Of a stretch of DNA of 46,796 nt, positions 9,599 through 19,864 are shown piece by piece (the stretch's first letter is position 1; every line of letters begins with the position of its first letter). The translations under genes and the position numbers were made by a program. Below the pieces are notes generated by a model, which saw only the letters and a program-made list of their open reading frames with translations, did not search any database and was not told where the DNA came from. The stretch lies in the sequence record SRR20825010_478. The stretch is one strand, 5' to 3'.

Positions 9599-11007
9599 AC
9601 TTCACGCAATTGGAATTCTTGTGCTTCTTGTTGTGCGTCGTGTCGATCGCGTGGATGCTTCGGGGACGCGTGGGGCGCAACGCGTTTTTATTGCTGGCCA
9701 GCTACTACTTCTACGCGTACTGGGACATTCGATTCTGCGGATTGTTGTTGCTGTCGACGGCGGTGGACTTTGTCGTCGCAAAGAAGATTGCGGCGAGTGA
9801 CAATCAAACGACTCGCAAGCGTTGGCTGTTGTGCAGCCTGACCGTGAACCTCGGCATGCTGGGCATTTTCAAGTACTTCAACTTCTTCTTGGAATCCGCC
9901 GAACCGTTGGTGCGAGCGATTGGGTTGAATTCCTCAACGCTGCCCATCGTGTTGCCGGTTGGGATTTCGTTCTTCACCTTTCAGACGCTCAGCTACACGA
10001 TCGATGTGTATCGTCGAAAAATGAAGCCAACGAGCAGCCTGCTTGATTTCTCGCTGTACGTTTCGTTCTTCCCGCAATTGGTGGCTGGACCGATCGTTCG
10101 TGCGTCGCATTTGTTGCCGCAATTGGCGGTGACTCCGAATTGGAACTCCAAGCGGATGTACAACGGAGCCCAGCAGTTGCTTCGAGGTGCGGTGAAGAAG
10201 GTCTTGATTGCCGATCATTTAGCAGACTTGGTCGAAGGCGTTTTCGCAGGACCGGAGCTCTATCATCCAGCAACGGTTTGGCTTGCCGTTTTGGCCTATG
10301 CCGGACAAATCTACTATGACTTTTCCGGCTACAGCGACATGGCGATCGGGATCGCGAAGATGCTTGGGTATCGGTTTCCGGTCAACTTTCGGCATCCGTA
10401 CCTATCCACTTCGGTCAGCGAATTCTGGCGACGCTGGCACATCACATTGTCGACGTGGTTGCGTGATTACCTTTTCATTCCATTGGGTGGCTCCCGCGGC
10501 ACAGCCTGGAACACCAATCGGAATTTGTTGATCACCATGACGCTCGGAGGACTTTGGCATGGTGCTGCGCTGACCTTTGTGAGTTGGGGCGTTTGGCATG
10601 GGATCACGCTTGTCGTGGCCCGATGCAGTCGCGTGCGATTGCCCCGCGTTGCAGGATGGCTGGCGACGATGAGCGTTGTTCTGTTCGGTTGGGTTCTGTT
10701 CCGCGCGACATCGTTTGAGAACGCGATGGTCGTCTATCGCGGGATGTTCGGCGGCACGACTCCGCTTGGCCTTCCGGGGACCGAATCTTGGTCGGTGGCC
10801 GGGGCGATTCTGTGGTTGCCACCATTGCCGCTGTTGGCACTGGCGTGCATGATTGTCGATCACCTGGTTTGGCGAACTCGCGGGCGTCGGTGGATGCGTT
10901 TGCCGGCAGATCGGTGGTTCAGTCCCGTGGCGACCGCCATGATGATTTGGGCATTGGTGTTGTATGCCCCTCGTGGATTCCGCCCGTTTGTGTACTTTCA
11001 GTTTTGA
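9595..11007 (+). CDS. MBOAT family O-acyltransferase (AlgI/PatA/DltB-like)
   Basis: LPVGISFFTFQ, FFPQLVAGPI, DFSGYSDMAIG, FWRRWHITLS, GLWHGA and C-terminal FVYFQF; GTGA overlap with the upstream gene. Confidence 0.95.
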   Translation: MNFTQLEFLCFLLCVVSIAWMLRGRVGRNAFLLLASYYFYAYWDIRFCGLLLLSTAVDFVVAKKIAASDNQTTRKRWLLCSLTVNLGMLGIFKYFNFFLESAEPLVRAIGLNSSTLPIVLPVGISFFTFQTLSYTIDVYRRKMKPTSSLLDFSLYVSFFPQLVAGPIVRASHLLPQLAVTPNWNSKRMYNGAQQLLRGAVKKVLIADHLADLVEGVFAGPELYHPATVWLAVLAYAGQIYYDFSGYSDMAIGIAKMLGYRFPVNFRHPYLSTSVSEFWRRWHITLSTWLRDYLFIPLGGSRGTAWNTNRNLLITMTLGGLWHGAALTFVSWGVWHGITLVVARCSRVRLPRVAGWLATMSVVLFGWVLFRATSFENAMVVYRGMFGGTTPLGLPGTESWSVAGAILWLPPLPLLALACMIVDHLVWRTRGRRWMRLPADRWFSPVATAMMIWALVLYAPRGFRPFVYFQF

Positions 11008-11070
11008 GTTTGACTTGCCAATCGATCAGCGATTCATGCAATGCTGATTCGTGTTCGAAGGCCGCGACGT

Positions 11071-11982
11071 TCAACGTTTGAGCCAGTCGATTCCCGATAG
11101 GTTTGCTATAGCAAGTGCCAATGCGTGTGTTCCGTCACGGCCGTGACCCTGTGCCGCGACGGCTTGATAGAGCTGTTCTGCCAGAGCCAATCCCGGCATG
11201 GAAAGACTCATTGCTCGGCACTCGGCAAGTGCAATTCCCATGTCTTTGATGAAGTGTTCGACGTAGAAGCCGGGATCAAACTGATTGTCGATGATTCGCG
11301 GTCCCAAGTTGTTCAGCGACCAGCTTCCCGCTGCACCGGATCCGACCGATTGCAGAACCGTTGGCAAATCCAATCCGGCTTTGTGTCCGTAGACCAACGC
11401 CTCACAAACGCCGATCATGTTGGTTGCGATCAAGATTTGATTGACCATTTTTGTGTGCTGGCCCGCACCGGGACCGCCCTGATGGACGATGGTCTTGCCC
11501 ATCAAATCCAGGCAAGGCTGCACCTTTGTGAGTGCACGACCGCTACCACCGACCATGATGGACAGCGTTCCACCTTTTGCGCCCGTGTCACCGCCGGAAA
11601 CGGGAGCGTCGAGCGAGTCGACTTCTCGGCGAGCCGCTGCTTCGGCGATTTCAACGGCCAGCGACGGTTGGCTGGTCGTCATGTCGACAATCACATTGCC
11701 TGGTTTGCAGCCCGCCAGGACTCCGGTTTCTGGGTCCAAGATGACTTCACGAACGTCGTGTGGGTAACCAACGATCGTGAAGATTAGATCGCTACTTTCC
11801 GCCACCGCTCTAGGCGTCTTCACCCAAGTCGCGCCGCGAGTCAGTAGCAACTCAGCTTTCGCAAGTGTTCGAGTTGTCAGCGTGACTTCATAGCCGGCGT
11901 CAAGCAGATGGCCGCACATGCTGGCCCCCATCACTCCCGTCCCAACCCATCCGATTTTCGGGAGCGATTTGTCGTCGGCCAT
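11071..11982 (-). CDS. Beta-hydroxyacid dehydrogenase (3-hydroxyisobutyrate dehydrogenase / 2-hydroxy-3-oxopropionate reductase family)
   Basis: [34 protein letters not shown]. Confidence 0.92.
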   Translation of the reverse strand: MADDKSLPKIGWVGTGVMGASMCGHLLDAGYEVTLTTRTLAKAELLLTRGATWVKTPRAVAESSDLIFTIVGYPHDVREVILDPETGVLAGCKPGNVIVDMTTSQPSLAVEIAEAAARREVDSLDAPVSGGDTGAKGGTLSIMVGGSGRALTKVQPCLDLMGKTIVHQGGPGAGQHTKMVNQILIATNMIGVCEALVYGHKAGLDLPTVLQSVGSGAAGSWSLNNLGPRIIDNQFDPGFYVEHFIKDMGIALAECRAMSLSMPGLALAEQLYQAVAAQGHGRDGTHALALAIANLSGIDWLKR

Positions 11983-11988
11983 TTGCTT

Positions 11989-13044
11989 TCACTTTATGGG
12001 TAGAGGAATCCGCAAGATGCGGTGATTGAAGCTGTCTGCAATGTAAAGTTGATCGCCGCGAACGCAAACACCGTGAGGACGACGAAGTGTGTATTCGCCC
12101 AGATTCAGTGTCTGGACGACGTCGGTTTCTGGATCGTAGACTCGGACCAGGTGGTTGACATCGTCGGCGATGTAGACGCGTCCATCAGGTGCCACGTCCA
12201 TGTGCTTTGGTCCGTTGAAGCTAGCCTGTTTCGCATCACCGTCGGCGGTCCCCTTTTTGCCACTGCCAGCGAGTGTCGTGATGTCACCGTTTGATTCGAC
12301 ACGTCGCAACCGATTGCCGTTGCGTTCCAACACGAGCAGACGGCGGTTGCCGTCCAAGTCCACCGCTCGCGGATCTTTGAGTTTGGATGTCCTTCCGGCG
12401 AGAGTAGTGACCAAACCCGATGAAAGATCGATTGACCGGACGACTTGATTGCCGATGTCGGCAATCAACAGGCGATTGCCTTCCGCGTCCAACGTGCCAG
12501 AGATGGGTTCGTGAAAGGTGGCGTCCCGCCGGTCGACGTTGTCGGTTGCAGGACCTTCCTTGCCTTGGCCAGCATACGTGTCAACCATCCATGCTCCATC
12601 GGTTGTCTGGATCAACCTGCGAACGGAATGGTTCGCATGGTCGGACAAGTAGAGCACATCCTCCGCGTCGATCACCAGGTTGTGCAGCTTGTTGAACCGC
12701 GCCGATCGGGCGGGGCCATCAACGTATCCAAGTGCGTTGGGTTCAGTTGCCGATTCGGGACCAGCGATCACGCTTGGGTCGCTAAAATCATTGGGCTCGC
12801 AACGCAACACGCGTCCGCCATCGAACTCGACGATCCACATGCGGTTCTGTGAGTCGAATTCGACAGCAAAAGGCGTCCGCAACGGTCCAGGATCGGGCGC
12901 ATCCTCGGGAGCGGGTTCAGTTGGACCGATTAGGACCTCAACCGGTAGTGAAGGCATCTCATCAGCTGTCGAGTTGTTGGCAAGAAATACCAACGTGTAG
13001 ACGGTCACCACCAATGAACAGCTACGAAACGTGAACGACGTCAT
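11989..13044 (-). CDS. Secreted NHL-repeat beta-propeller protein
   Basis: Signal peptide; repeated LY(I/L)(A/S)D..NH.(V/I)R and AG.G..G..DG...A.F..P units. Confidence 0.85.
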   Translation of the reverse strand: MTSFTFRSCSLVVTVYTLVFLANNSTADEMPSLPVEVLIGPTEPAPEDAPDPGPLRTPFAVEFDSQNRMWIVEFDGGRVLRCEPNDFSDPSVIAGPESATEPNALGYVDGPARSARFNKLHNLVIDAEDVLYLSDHANHSVRRLIQTTDGAWMVDTYAGQGKEGPATDNVDRRDATFHEPISGTLDAEGNRLLIADIGNQVVRSIDLSSGLVTTLAGRTSKLKDPRAVDLDGNRRLLVLERNGNRLRRVESNGDITTLAGSGKKGTADGDAKQASFNGPKHMDVAPDGRVYIADDVNHLVRVYDPETDVVQTLNLGEYTLRRPHGVCVRGDQLYIADSFNHRILRIPLPIK

Positions 13045-13497
13045 GAGAAACTCGGTACAAGAAAGGATGCGTTTTGGAGAACGGCAATGAAACAGGTGTG
13101 ACGCGTCAATGGCACAGTCGTTAGTTTAGCGAATCGATGTTGAGTCGTTGACTTTCGTGCCCCGTCGATTTCAGGAACGAACGCAGAGTGAATGAATTAG
13201 AATGAGTTTCTTGAACAGGCCCGCGAGGGGCTCCTCTGTCGAACGCCGAAGGTTGGTGATGTCTTGCCTTGGAACATCGAAAATGAGCGTGTTCAGTCGA
13301 GCATACATCCGGGTTAGATTGTCGCCACGAAATGAATCCGAAGCTGCAATGCAACCGAAATGGACGACAGCGTCGCGGTTTCTTGATCGTAAATCGCGAG
13401 GATGGCTGCAACGAGTTCCACAACCACCGAAAGCTGTAGTAGAACGTAGGGCAATCGGTAAAGCTTTCACTTTCAATCATCAAAACAGGCGGACCCA

Positions 13498-14064
13498 GTG
13501 TCAGACACACCTCAAGAATCAGCGAATCAACCTTCTTCACCTCAGCCCAAAGGCAGTCGTGGTGGCCACAAGGGACTGTTCATCATACTTGCCGTGATTG
13601 CCGTCGTACTTGCGGCATTCTGCTATGAAACCTTCCTCGCCCCAGCGAACCTGCAAGCTGGCTTTGACAAAGTCGCCGAGGCACAGTTTAAGAGCTTGGC
13701 GGACAACAAGACTCTGTCAAATCTCGACGTGCGAGAGGTGTTGGGCAAAGAACCTGCCAATACCTATGAAGAGGGCGAAGAGTACGTCGAGGTGTTTCAT
13801 TGGATGGGTGGCATGATTGTGAATTCCCATAAACTGTATGCGGTCTATCGAAAGCAGGGTGAGGATTGGACGTTCGTTCGCCACTCGCTGAAGCCCAAGG
13901 AGGAGACCGATGAGCAGACCATTGTCATCGACCCAGAGGCAATCGAGGGAGATTCAGAACCTCCAATGGAAACCGCGGACGATAGCGGACCGCCGACGGA
14001 ACCGAACGGAGAAGATGATTCCTCCGAGGCCGACCAGTCCGTCAAAGACGACAACAACCAGTAA
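13498..14064 (+). CDS. Hypothetical single-TM protein with an acidic C-terminal tail
   Basis: GTG start after AGGCGGA; TM helix LFIILAVIAVVLAAF; natural composition; fills the gap between genes. Confidence 0.7.
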   Translation: MSDTPQESANQPSSPQPKGSRGGHKGLFIILAVIAVVLAAFCYETFLAPANLQAGFDKVAEAQFKSLADNKTLSNLDVREVLGKEPANTYEEGEEYVEVFHWMGGMIVNSHKLYAVYRKQGEDWTFVRHSLKPKEETDEQTIVIDPEAIEGDSEPPMETADDSGPPTEPNGEDDSSEADQSVKDDNNQ

Positions 14065-14100
14065 CGAAGGTTGCTGGCGGGTGGGTTTGATGTTGGCTGA

Positions 14101-14122
14101 CGGCGATTCGGCAAAATCGCCG
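14101..14122. terminator. Hairpin between convergent genes (possible terminator)
   Basis: CGGCGATT-CGGCAA-AATCGCCG, 8-bp stem. Confidence 0.4.
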
Positions 14123-14195
14123 CTGGGGACAAACTTCTTGTCGAGCACATTCGACGAAAATCAATCGCTTGATAGTGGCAGGCAGCGTGAACGAA

Positions 14196-15503
14196 TCAAA
14201 TGAGCAATGACCGAATTGGTTTTCCGTTGTCTGTGATTGGGATCGGACGGTCGCCGTCGTAGAGCAATTTTTGTGGGTCGATTCCGAGCGACGCGTGCAC
14301 GGTCGCAAATAGATCTGGAACGCTGACCGGCGATTCGACGATGTTTTGTGAAAGCTCGTCAGTCAGTCCATAGGCTCCGCTGTGGTTCAGTCCGCCGCCC
14401 GCCAGGACACAGGTGAACGCCTTGCCTTGGTGACCTCGTCCGCCGCCGGCGTCGAAGCCTGGTGGTCGTCCAAATTCAGACGACACCATGATCAACGTTT
14501 TGTCCAGCATTGAGTGCTTTTCCAAGTCATCGATCAACGTTGACATGGCTGTGTCCAAGTCTCGGATCAGTTCATGCTGTTTGTTGATGCCATCGTTGTG
14601 GACATCCCAACCCGTACCGTTGATGAAGTTCAGGTTATGGGAGACTTCCACAAACCGAACGCCTCGCTGGACCAAGCGTCGAGCCAGCAAACATCGTTGA
14701 CCGAATTCGCTGCCGTATTGATTGCGAAGTTGGCCGCTCTCGTTTTCCAGTTCGAAAACTTCTCCGAACTCCGGACCGGACAAACGCAGCGATTGTGCGA
14801 TGACCGAATCGTAATTCGCGACAGCTGAATCGTTGTCGAAGCGACGCCGAGCTGATGCTCTTGTTGCACTCAGCAGATGCTCGCGTCGTGATTGACGTTC
14901 CGCATCAATCCCGTGTGGTAGTGACAATCCGGACGGGCCTTTGCTGGTATCCGTCAGATACAGGTAACCACTTGATGCACCCAGGAATCCTGGACCGCGA
15001 GTCACGTTTGGATAGCCGATCAAGACGTAAGGCGGGACGCTGGAATCTGCTGCACCGAGTTCGTGAGCAACGACGCTGCCCAGCGACGGGTAAGTAACGG
15101 TTCCTGTCACGACACGACCGGTGTGCATTCGGTTTGTCGCCGCCGCGTGTTCATCAATCACGTCATGGTGAACCGTTCGAACAGCCGTGACACGATCCAT
15201 GCGTTCGGCGAGTCGCGGCAAGTGTTCACAAACGGAAACTCCAGCCACGGCCGTGTCGATCGATTTATATAGCGAACCCGGTTTTCGAGCCTTTTGGTCA
15301 CCCATTCGTTTGGGATCAAACGTGTCGATCTGCCCCATGCCGCCACCAAGCCAAATCGAGATGACGCGTTCGGCTTTCCCGAATGGCGTGGCGGCAATTG
15401 ATTCATTCGCTCGCAACAATCCACTCACGCCAGCGGATGACGCGGCAATGGCGGTGCTGCCTGCTGCAACGCTTTGCAGCCAACTTCGTCGAGATTGCAA
15501 CAT
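14196..15503 (-). CDS. DUF1501 family protein with a Tat signal
   Basis: ATG 15503 ([10 protein letters not shown], twin-Arg) overlaps the upstream stop (TGATG); [34 protein letters not shown]. Confidence 0.92.
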   Translation of the reverse strand: MLQSRRSWLQSVAAGSTAIAASSAGVSGLLRANESIAATPFGKAERVISIWLGGGMGQIDTFDPKRMGDQKARKPGSLYKSIDTAVAGVSVCEHLPRLAERMDRVTAVRTVHHDVIDEHAAATNRMHTGRVVTGTVTYPSLGSVVAHELGAADSSVPPYVLIGYPNVTRGPGFLGASSGYLYLTDTSKGPSGLSLPHGIDAERQSRREHLLSATRASARRRFDNDSAVANYDSVIAQSLRLSGPEFGEVFELENESGQLRNQYGSEFGQRCLLARRLVQRGVRFVEVSHNLNFINGTGWDVHNDGINKQHELIRDLDTAMSTLIDDLEKHSMLDKTLIMVSSEFGRPPGFDAGGGRGHQGKAFTCVLAGGGLNHSGAYGLTDELSQNIVESPVSVPDLFATVHASLGIDPQKLLYDGDRPIPITDNGKPIRSLLI

Positions 15504-18500
15504 CAGGGGATCCAGATGAATTCGGGGGAATTGAGCAATGACCAAATGACGTCTTCGTAGCTTTGACGCCACGTTGAACGCAAACGTGAATCGGGGGCAT
15601 CGCCACGAACGGCTCGTTGTTCCAGTTCGAGTTTGATGCTGTTGGCACGGTCGGCCAAATGATTCGACCAAGAAACGTGCTCAAGCTCCGGAAGCGGTTC
15701 GGCGCGATGACGATGAGCCTTCGGAACGATGCGGTCATCAAATCCATCGGACAACACATTCGCGAAAAGTTCGCGTTCATCATCGGTGGGTTGGCGTGAC
15801 AGGAAACGAACGAACAATGATTCGGTCAGCGAATCTGGCGTTTCAGATTGCACGGCCAAGTCAGCTAGCTCGCTGTCTTCGGATACGGCTACCGTCCAGG
15901 ATGCAAACACGGAATTTCCAACCGCGCCGGGTTGCAACACGTTCGGATCTTCGTCTCGACGATCGATCGCCGATTGTCGAGAACCGGTCCAGCCGAATGT
16001 TTTCATCACGTCCACGATCACACCCGCACGAGGGAACGCGAGACTGGGACGATCACGTTCGTTGGACAACGTGGTGAACTCCCACGCTCGCTCGGGAGCA
16101 TCCAAATGGATCATGGTCTGCGGCGGACGACGGGCTTCGGGATCGAAGGTCAACGGTTCAACGTCCAAGGGACGGCCGGAGGACATCACCATCGAATCGA
16201 TGATTTGTTCGGATGACATGCGCCGACGATCGGGGGCCGCAAAAAAGCGATTGGCTGGATTGACGGGATCGTTTTGGCCAATGGCTTCGCGCTGGTAAAC
16301 GTCGGATCGCATGATCGTGCGAACTAACTTGCGAAAGTCATAGCCGCTCGCAATGAAATCTCGCGACAACCACTCCAGCAATTCTGGATGGCTGGGCGAT
16401 GCCTTTTCCCAGTCGCCAAGTGGTTCGACAAAGCCGGTGCCAATCAGACGCTGCCAAACGCGATTGACGATCACCTTTGCGAAACGAGGGTTCTCCGGAG
16501 TCGTCACCGCGACGGCCAACCTTTCTCGAGCATCGGAAGGTTCACGCATCCAACGATCCAATCGAGAGGTGTCGACCAGATCACCGAAGGGCCAATTTGG
16601 TTCCACAGCTTCGCCGGGCGGCAAAGTGACCTGAATCAGCGAAGCTCGCCCAGGATGATCCTCGAAGAATGCGGCTGGAACGCTGCTGCTGGCGGGGACT
16701 TTCAGTTCCTTCCGAGCCAGCATCGCGGCCAGTGAATACAGGTCTTCTTGGGTCGTGGAATGGTAGGGTGAATCATGGCATCGCGCACATTGCAAGTTCA
16801 TGCCCATGAAAGCTGACGCGGCGACGATACAACGTGTTGCTTCGGGGGCGTCATTGTCGGCGGCCATTCCGAAACCTGCACTGCCGCCTTCATAGCGACT
16901 GCCGTGCAGCATCAACAGTTCGGTCGCCATGCGATCAATTGGCTTGTTGTCTATTAACGAATCGTGCAAGAAGAAACGAAATGGCCCAGTGTTATTGAGC
17001 GAGGGTTTCAACAAGTTGGGATTCTCGGCCAGCAAGTCTTGCCAGAAGCTGACCCAATGATCGGCGACTGCATCTTGTCCCATCAAGTCTTCGATCAACC
17101 GTTGTCGTTTGTCTTTGGCGGTGTCAGCGGCGAACACGAGAAACTGCGATTCAGTTGGCGGCACACCGATCGAGTCCAGGTAAACGCGGCGAATGAACGA
17201 TTCGTCGTCGACCAATTCCGCGTCCGCAATTTCGATGGTGTTTGCTTCGTCGGCCCAAATCGCACCTACGGAGATCCAACGACTGAGGATTGCGATTTCT
17301 TCATCCGGAACGGACTCCGACGGAGGCATCCGTTCCGATTCGTCGGTTGAGCGAATCCTTCGCATCAATTCGCCCGCGTGGGGGTCGCCGGAAGCCAAAA
17401 GGGTTTCGCCTGAATCACCGCCCATGCGGATCGCCTCGGCGGAACTCAGTTGCAAACCGCCTTCGCTGTCCTCGTCATGACATCGGAAGCATCGTTCCCG
17501 CAGAATGGACTGTGCCTTCAAAGACAATTCATTTGTTTCAGGTTCCGCTTCGCTCGATCTCGCATCGCGACGATACGTTTCGATCTTGGCGGTTAGAAAT
17601 CTGTCAATCGAGTGTCGTGACTGTTCAGCGTTTGTTGAATTCGTCGGGAATTCCACGGATTCAAGCGAGTCAATCCACTCATTCGCTCTCGCATGACGTT
17701 CGTCCCAATAGTCATTGTGTGCTGCGGCGCGATGCCGCCGAGTATGTACGTCGTGTGCATTGAGTTTCGTTTCGACTTGGGCCAATTCCTTTTCGACCAT
17801 TGCGTCGGTAATTGGCAGCAGTGCGTCTACATTTTCAAAGTCGGATGACAGAAAATAGAACGGCCCAGATCCACTTAACTGCACGGCGACCATCGTTTCA
17901 TCGGGTTCCGCTCGATATCGAGTACCACCCACTATTGTTTCTAGGATGAATCGTTTGTCGCCTTCCTCTTTGACAGAGTGTTCGACAATTGTTTCTTGCA
18001 CTCCATACGCCAGACGTCTCAATCCGGGGCCCGGTCTATCCGGCAATGGTTCGACTGGGTTGTGTCCGTCGGTGCGTCCGTTCTGCGGACCGATGGTTGC
18101 GATTTCCTCGTCGTTCATCCATAGCCGAGACAAGCCGCGCGTGCGAACAAGAAACCGATGGTCGCCCGCGGGAATCGACAGTTCGGTTCCCAATCGAAGG
18201 TAGACCGCTTTCGAATAGGAATCGCGGATCCCGTGCGAGTCGTACTTCTGCGGCAAACGCGAAAGCAGCATGGGAGCCTCGACGGTCAGCGAATCACCGT
18301 CATCAGAATTGACCACCGGCCACTTCGTATGCGTCGGAATGTCATCCTTCCACCACCAAGTGACCTTGCCGGGGGAAAGCAACATTTCCGGAGGTTTGGG
18401 ACGTGGTGGAGGTGGAGGATTCCAGCAACCCTTCAAGTCGTCGTCGTGAAGCAGTTTGCGAGAGACGATCAGCTGATCGATCCATCCTCGAAAGCTCGAT

Positions 18501-19291
18501 GAATGTTGACCTCCCATCGACGAGCCAATCCAAACCGGAGCGTCGTCGATGATTGGAGCCTGCTTTGTCGGTCCGCCCATGTCCCATTTTCCAGTAACCG
18601 GCTTTCCGTTTAACCAAGCGCGAACGCTTTTGGGTTCGCCAAAACGGTAAGTGACAGCGATGTGGTTCCAGGTCGCGGTTGATTCGATCCCTTCGCTCGA
18701 CGTCCATCGGTGCCAAGGTGTATTGCCGGAAACCTCCGGCGTTGCGAAAAGCAGACTGATGCGGCTACTGCCATTGAGTTGCCGCAAACGCAACGCCCAG
18801 TTTTGATTGTTGGATGCGTACTTTTTCTCGTGTGTGCGACCCTTGCCGATGACATAGACGTTTTGACCCTCGCCGATTTCGTCAATCTTGACGATGGCTT
18901 GGATCGAGAGCTCATCTCCATTGTCAAAATCCCACTGTGAATCGCTGCCCGGATCATCGATGACCAAGCGTTCGCCCTTGCCGTGAAATTGAGCTGACAG
19001 GTTGCCCGGTTTGGCTTCGGCGTATTCAGGCGGTACCGGTCCGGGGACATTCCATTTGACGGAACCATGAACGCGGATTTCCGATGGAGAGGTCGTGTTT
19101 GATTCCAACTTGGTGAAATCCAACGCTGTCACCACTTCGTTTTGGCTCGTCTGTTGAGCCAACGCTAAGGCGGAAAAGAGCGGTGCGGAGATCAGGGCAG
19201 CGAAACTGGCAACGTAGATACAGCACCGGTGCGAGTTTCTACACAGCCAAGCGTGATCACACGCTCTCGTTGTGATTCCAAACGAAAACAT
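15503..19291 (-). CDS. Planctomycete DUF1549/DUF1553 (PSD1/PSCyt) protein with an N-terminal LamG-like domain and cytochrome c motifs
   Basis: Signal peptide; WNHIAVTY...WIG...FRGWID LamG-like region; CFRCH (17477-17491), CARCH (16775-16789), [24 protein letters not shown]-terminal WSLLNSPEF. Confidence 0.92.
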   Translation of the reverse strand: MFSFGITTRACDHAWLCRNSHRCCIYVASFAALISAPLFSALALAQQTSQNEVVTALDFTKLESNTTSPSEIRVHGSVKWNVPGPVPPEYAEAKPGNLSAQFHGKGERLVIDDPGSDSQWDFDNGDELSIQAIVKIDEIGEGQNVYVIGKGRTHEKKYASNNQNWALRLRQLNGSSRISLLFATPEVSGNTPWHRWTSSEGIESTATWNHIAVTYRFGEPKSVRAWLNGKPVTGKWDMGGPTKQAPIIDDAPVWIGSSMGGQHSSSFRGWIDQLIVSRKLLHDDDLKGCWNPPPPPRPKPPEMLLSPGKVTWWWKDDIPTHTKWPVVNSDDGDSLTVEAPMLLSRLPQKYDSHGIRDSYSKAVYLRLGTELSIPAGDHRFLVRTRGLSRLWMNDEEIATIGPQNGRTDGHNPVEPLPDRPGPGLRRLAYGVQETIVEHSVKEEGDKRFILETIVGGTRYRAEPDETMVAVQLSGSGPFYFLSSDFENVDALLPITDAMVEKELAQVETKLNAHDVHTRRHRAAAHNDYWDERHARANEWIDSLESVEFPTNSTNAEQSRHSIDRFLTAKIETYRRDARSSEAEPETNELSLKAQSILRERCFRCHDEDSEGGLQLSSAEAIRMGGDSGETLLASGDPHAGELMRRIRSTDESERMPPSESVPDEEIAILSRWISVGAIWADEANTIEIADAELVDDESFIRRVYLDSIGVPPTESQFLVFAADTAKDKRQRLIEDLMGQDAVADHWVSFWQDLLAENPNLLKPSLNNTGPFRFFLHDSLIDNKPIDRMATELLMLHGSRYEGGSAGFGMAADNDAPEATRCIVAASAFMGMNLQCARCHDSPYHSTTQEDLYSLAAMLARKELKVPASSSVPAAFFEDHPGRASLIQVTLPPGEAVEPNWPFGDLVDTSRLDRWMREPSDARERLAVAVTTPENPRFAKVIVNRVWQRLIGTGFVEPLGDWEKASPSHPELLEWLSRDFIASGYDFRKLVRTIMRSDVYQREAIGQNDPVNPANRFFAAPDRRRMSSEQIIDSMVMSSGRPLDVEPLTFDPEARRPPQTMIHLDAPERAWEFTTLSNERDRPSLAFPRAGVIVDVMKTFGWTGSRQSAIDRRDEDPNVLQPGAVGNSVFASWTVAVSEDSELADLAVQSETPDSLTESLFVRFLSRQPTDDERELFANVLSDGFDDRIVPKAHRHRAEPLPELEHVSWSNHLADRANSIKLELEQRAVRGDAPDSRLRSTWRQSYEDVIWSLLNSPEFIWIP

Positions 19292-19471
19292 GGCATCTCG
19301 GGGTGGGATGGGGAGGCGGGAGGGGCCGATCGGTCAAATCGACGCACCCACTATAGACTATCCCGTCCCCCCGTGTGCAATTAGTCGAGCCGATTCGCAT
19401 CGCAGTATGATCGAAAGTTCGCTCCGACTTTCGCGTGAACGATGCGATTGAGGATGTGACCGGCAAACTTG

Positions 19472-19834
19472 TTACTGGTAGCGAGCTCGAACTTCAGGGA
19501 GTGGGTATTCGGTGACGTCTCGGTCGCCGTCTTCCGAGTTGATTTCCCAAAGGCGTTGATAACCTCGTGTTACCAGATCGATCATCTCCTTGGAGTGATC
19601 CGGATCCAGTTCGGAGAGTGCAAATGGTCCTTCCACTGCGACGGGTGGAACGCGATCGTCGCGAATGCACTGAGCGAGAATTGGATTGCAGCGGATGTGG
19701 CGTTCGGGCGACACATGGAGCTTCTCGGGATCCAAGTGCCCAATGACATAGCGAAGATACAGATCGCTATCCACGATCGACATCACGTCTTCGCCACAGA
19801 CTTCGCAGCGATACCCTTCATCACACTTGGCCAA
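19472..19834 (-). CDS. Small Cys-rich hypothetical protein (putative metal-binding)
   Basis: TTG start; MAKCDEGYRCEVCG and HIRCNP; 30 nt downstream of the FtsK-like gene on the same strand. Confidence 0.75.
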   Translation of the reverse strand: MAKCDEGYRCEVCGEDVMSIVDSDLYLRYVIGHLDPEKLHVSPERHIRCNPILAQCIRDDRVPPVAVEGPFALSELDPDHSKEMIDLVTRGYQRLWEINSEDGDRDVTEYPLPEVRARYQ

Positions 19835-19864
19835 ACGAATGTCCTGGACTGAGAGAATTTGAAA

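Noticed and set aside
11125-11787. 220-aa plus-strand ORF
   Set aside because: Entirely antisense to the beta-hydroxyacid dehydrogenase
13045-13497. Several 100-140 aa ORFs or a possible ncRNA in the 450-nt divergent gap
   Set aside because: Mutually overlapping ORFs with no motifs; no recognisable RNA family
15504-15671. Extension of the DUF1501 ORF into the DUF1553 gene
   Set aside because: The Tat signal begins at ATG 15503
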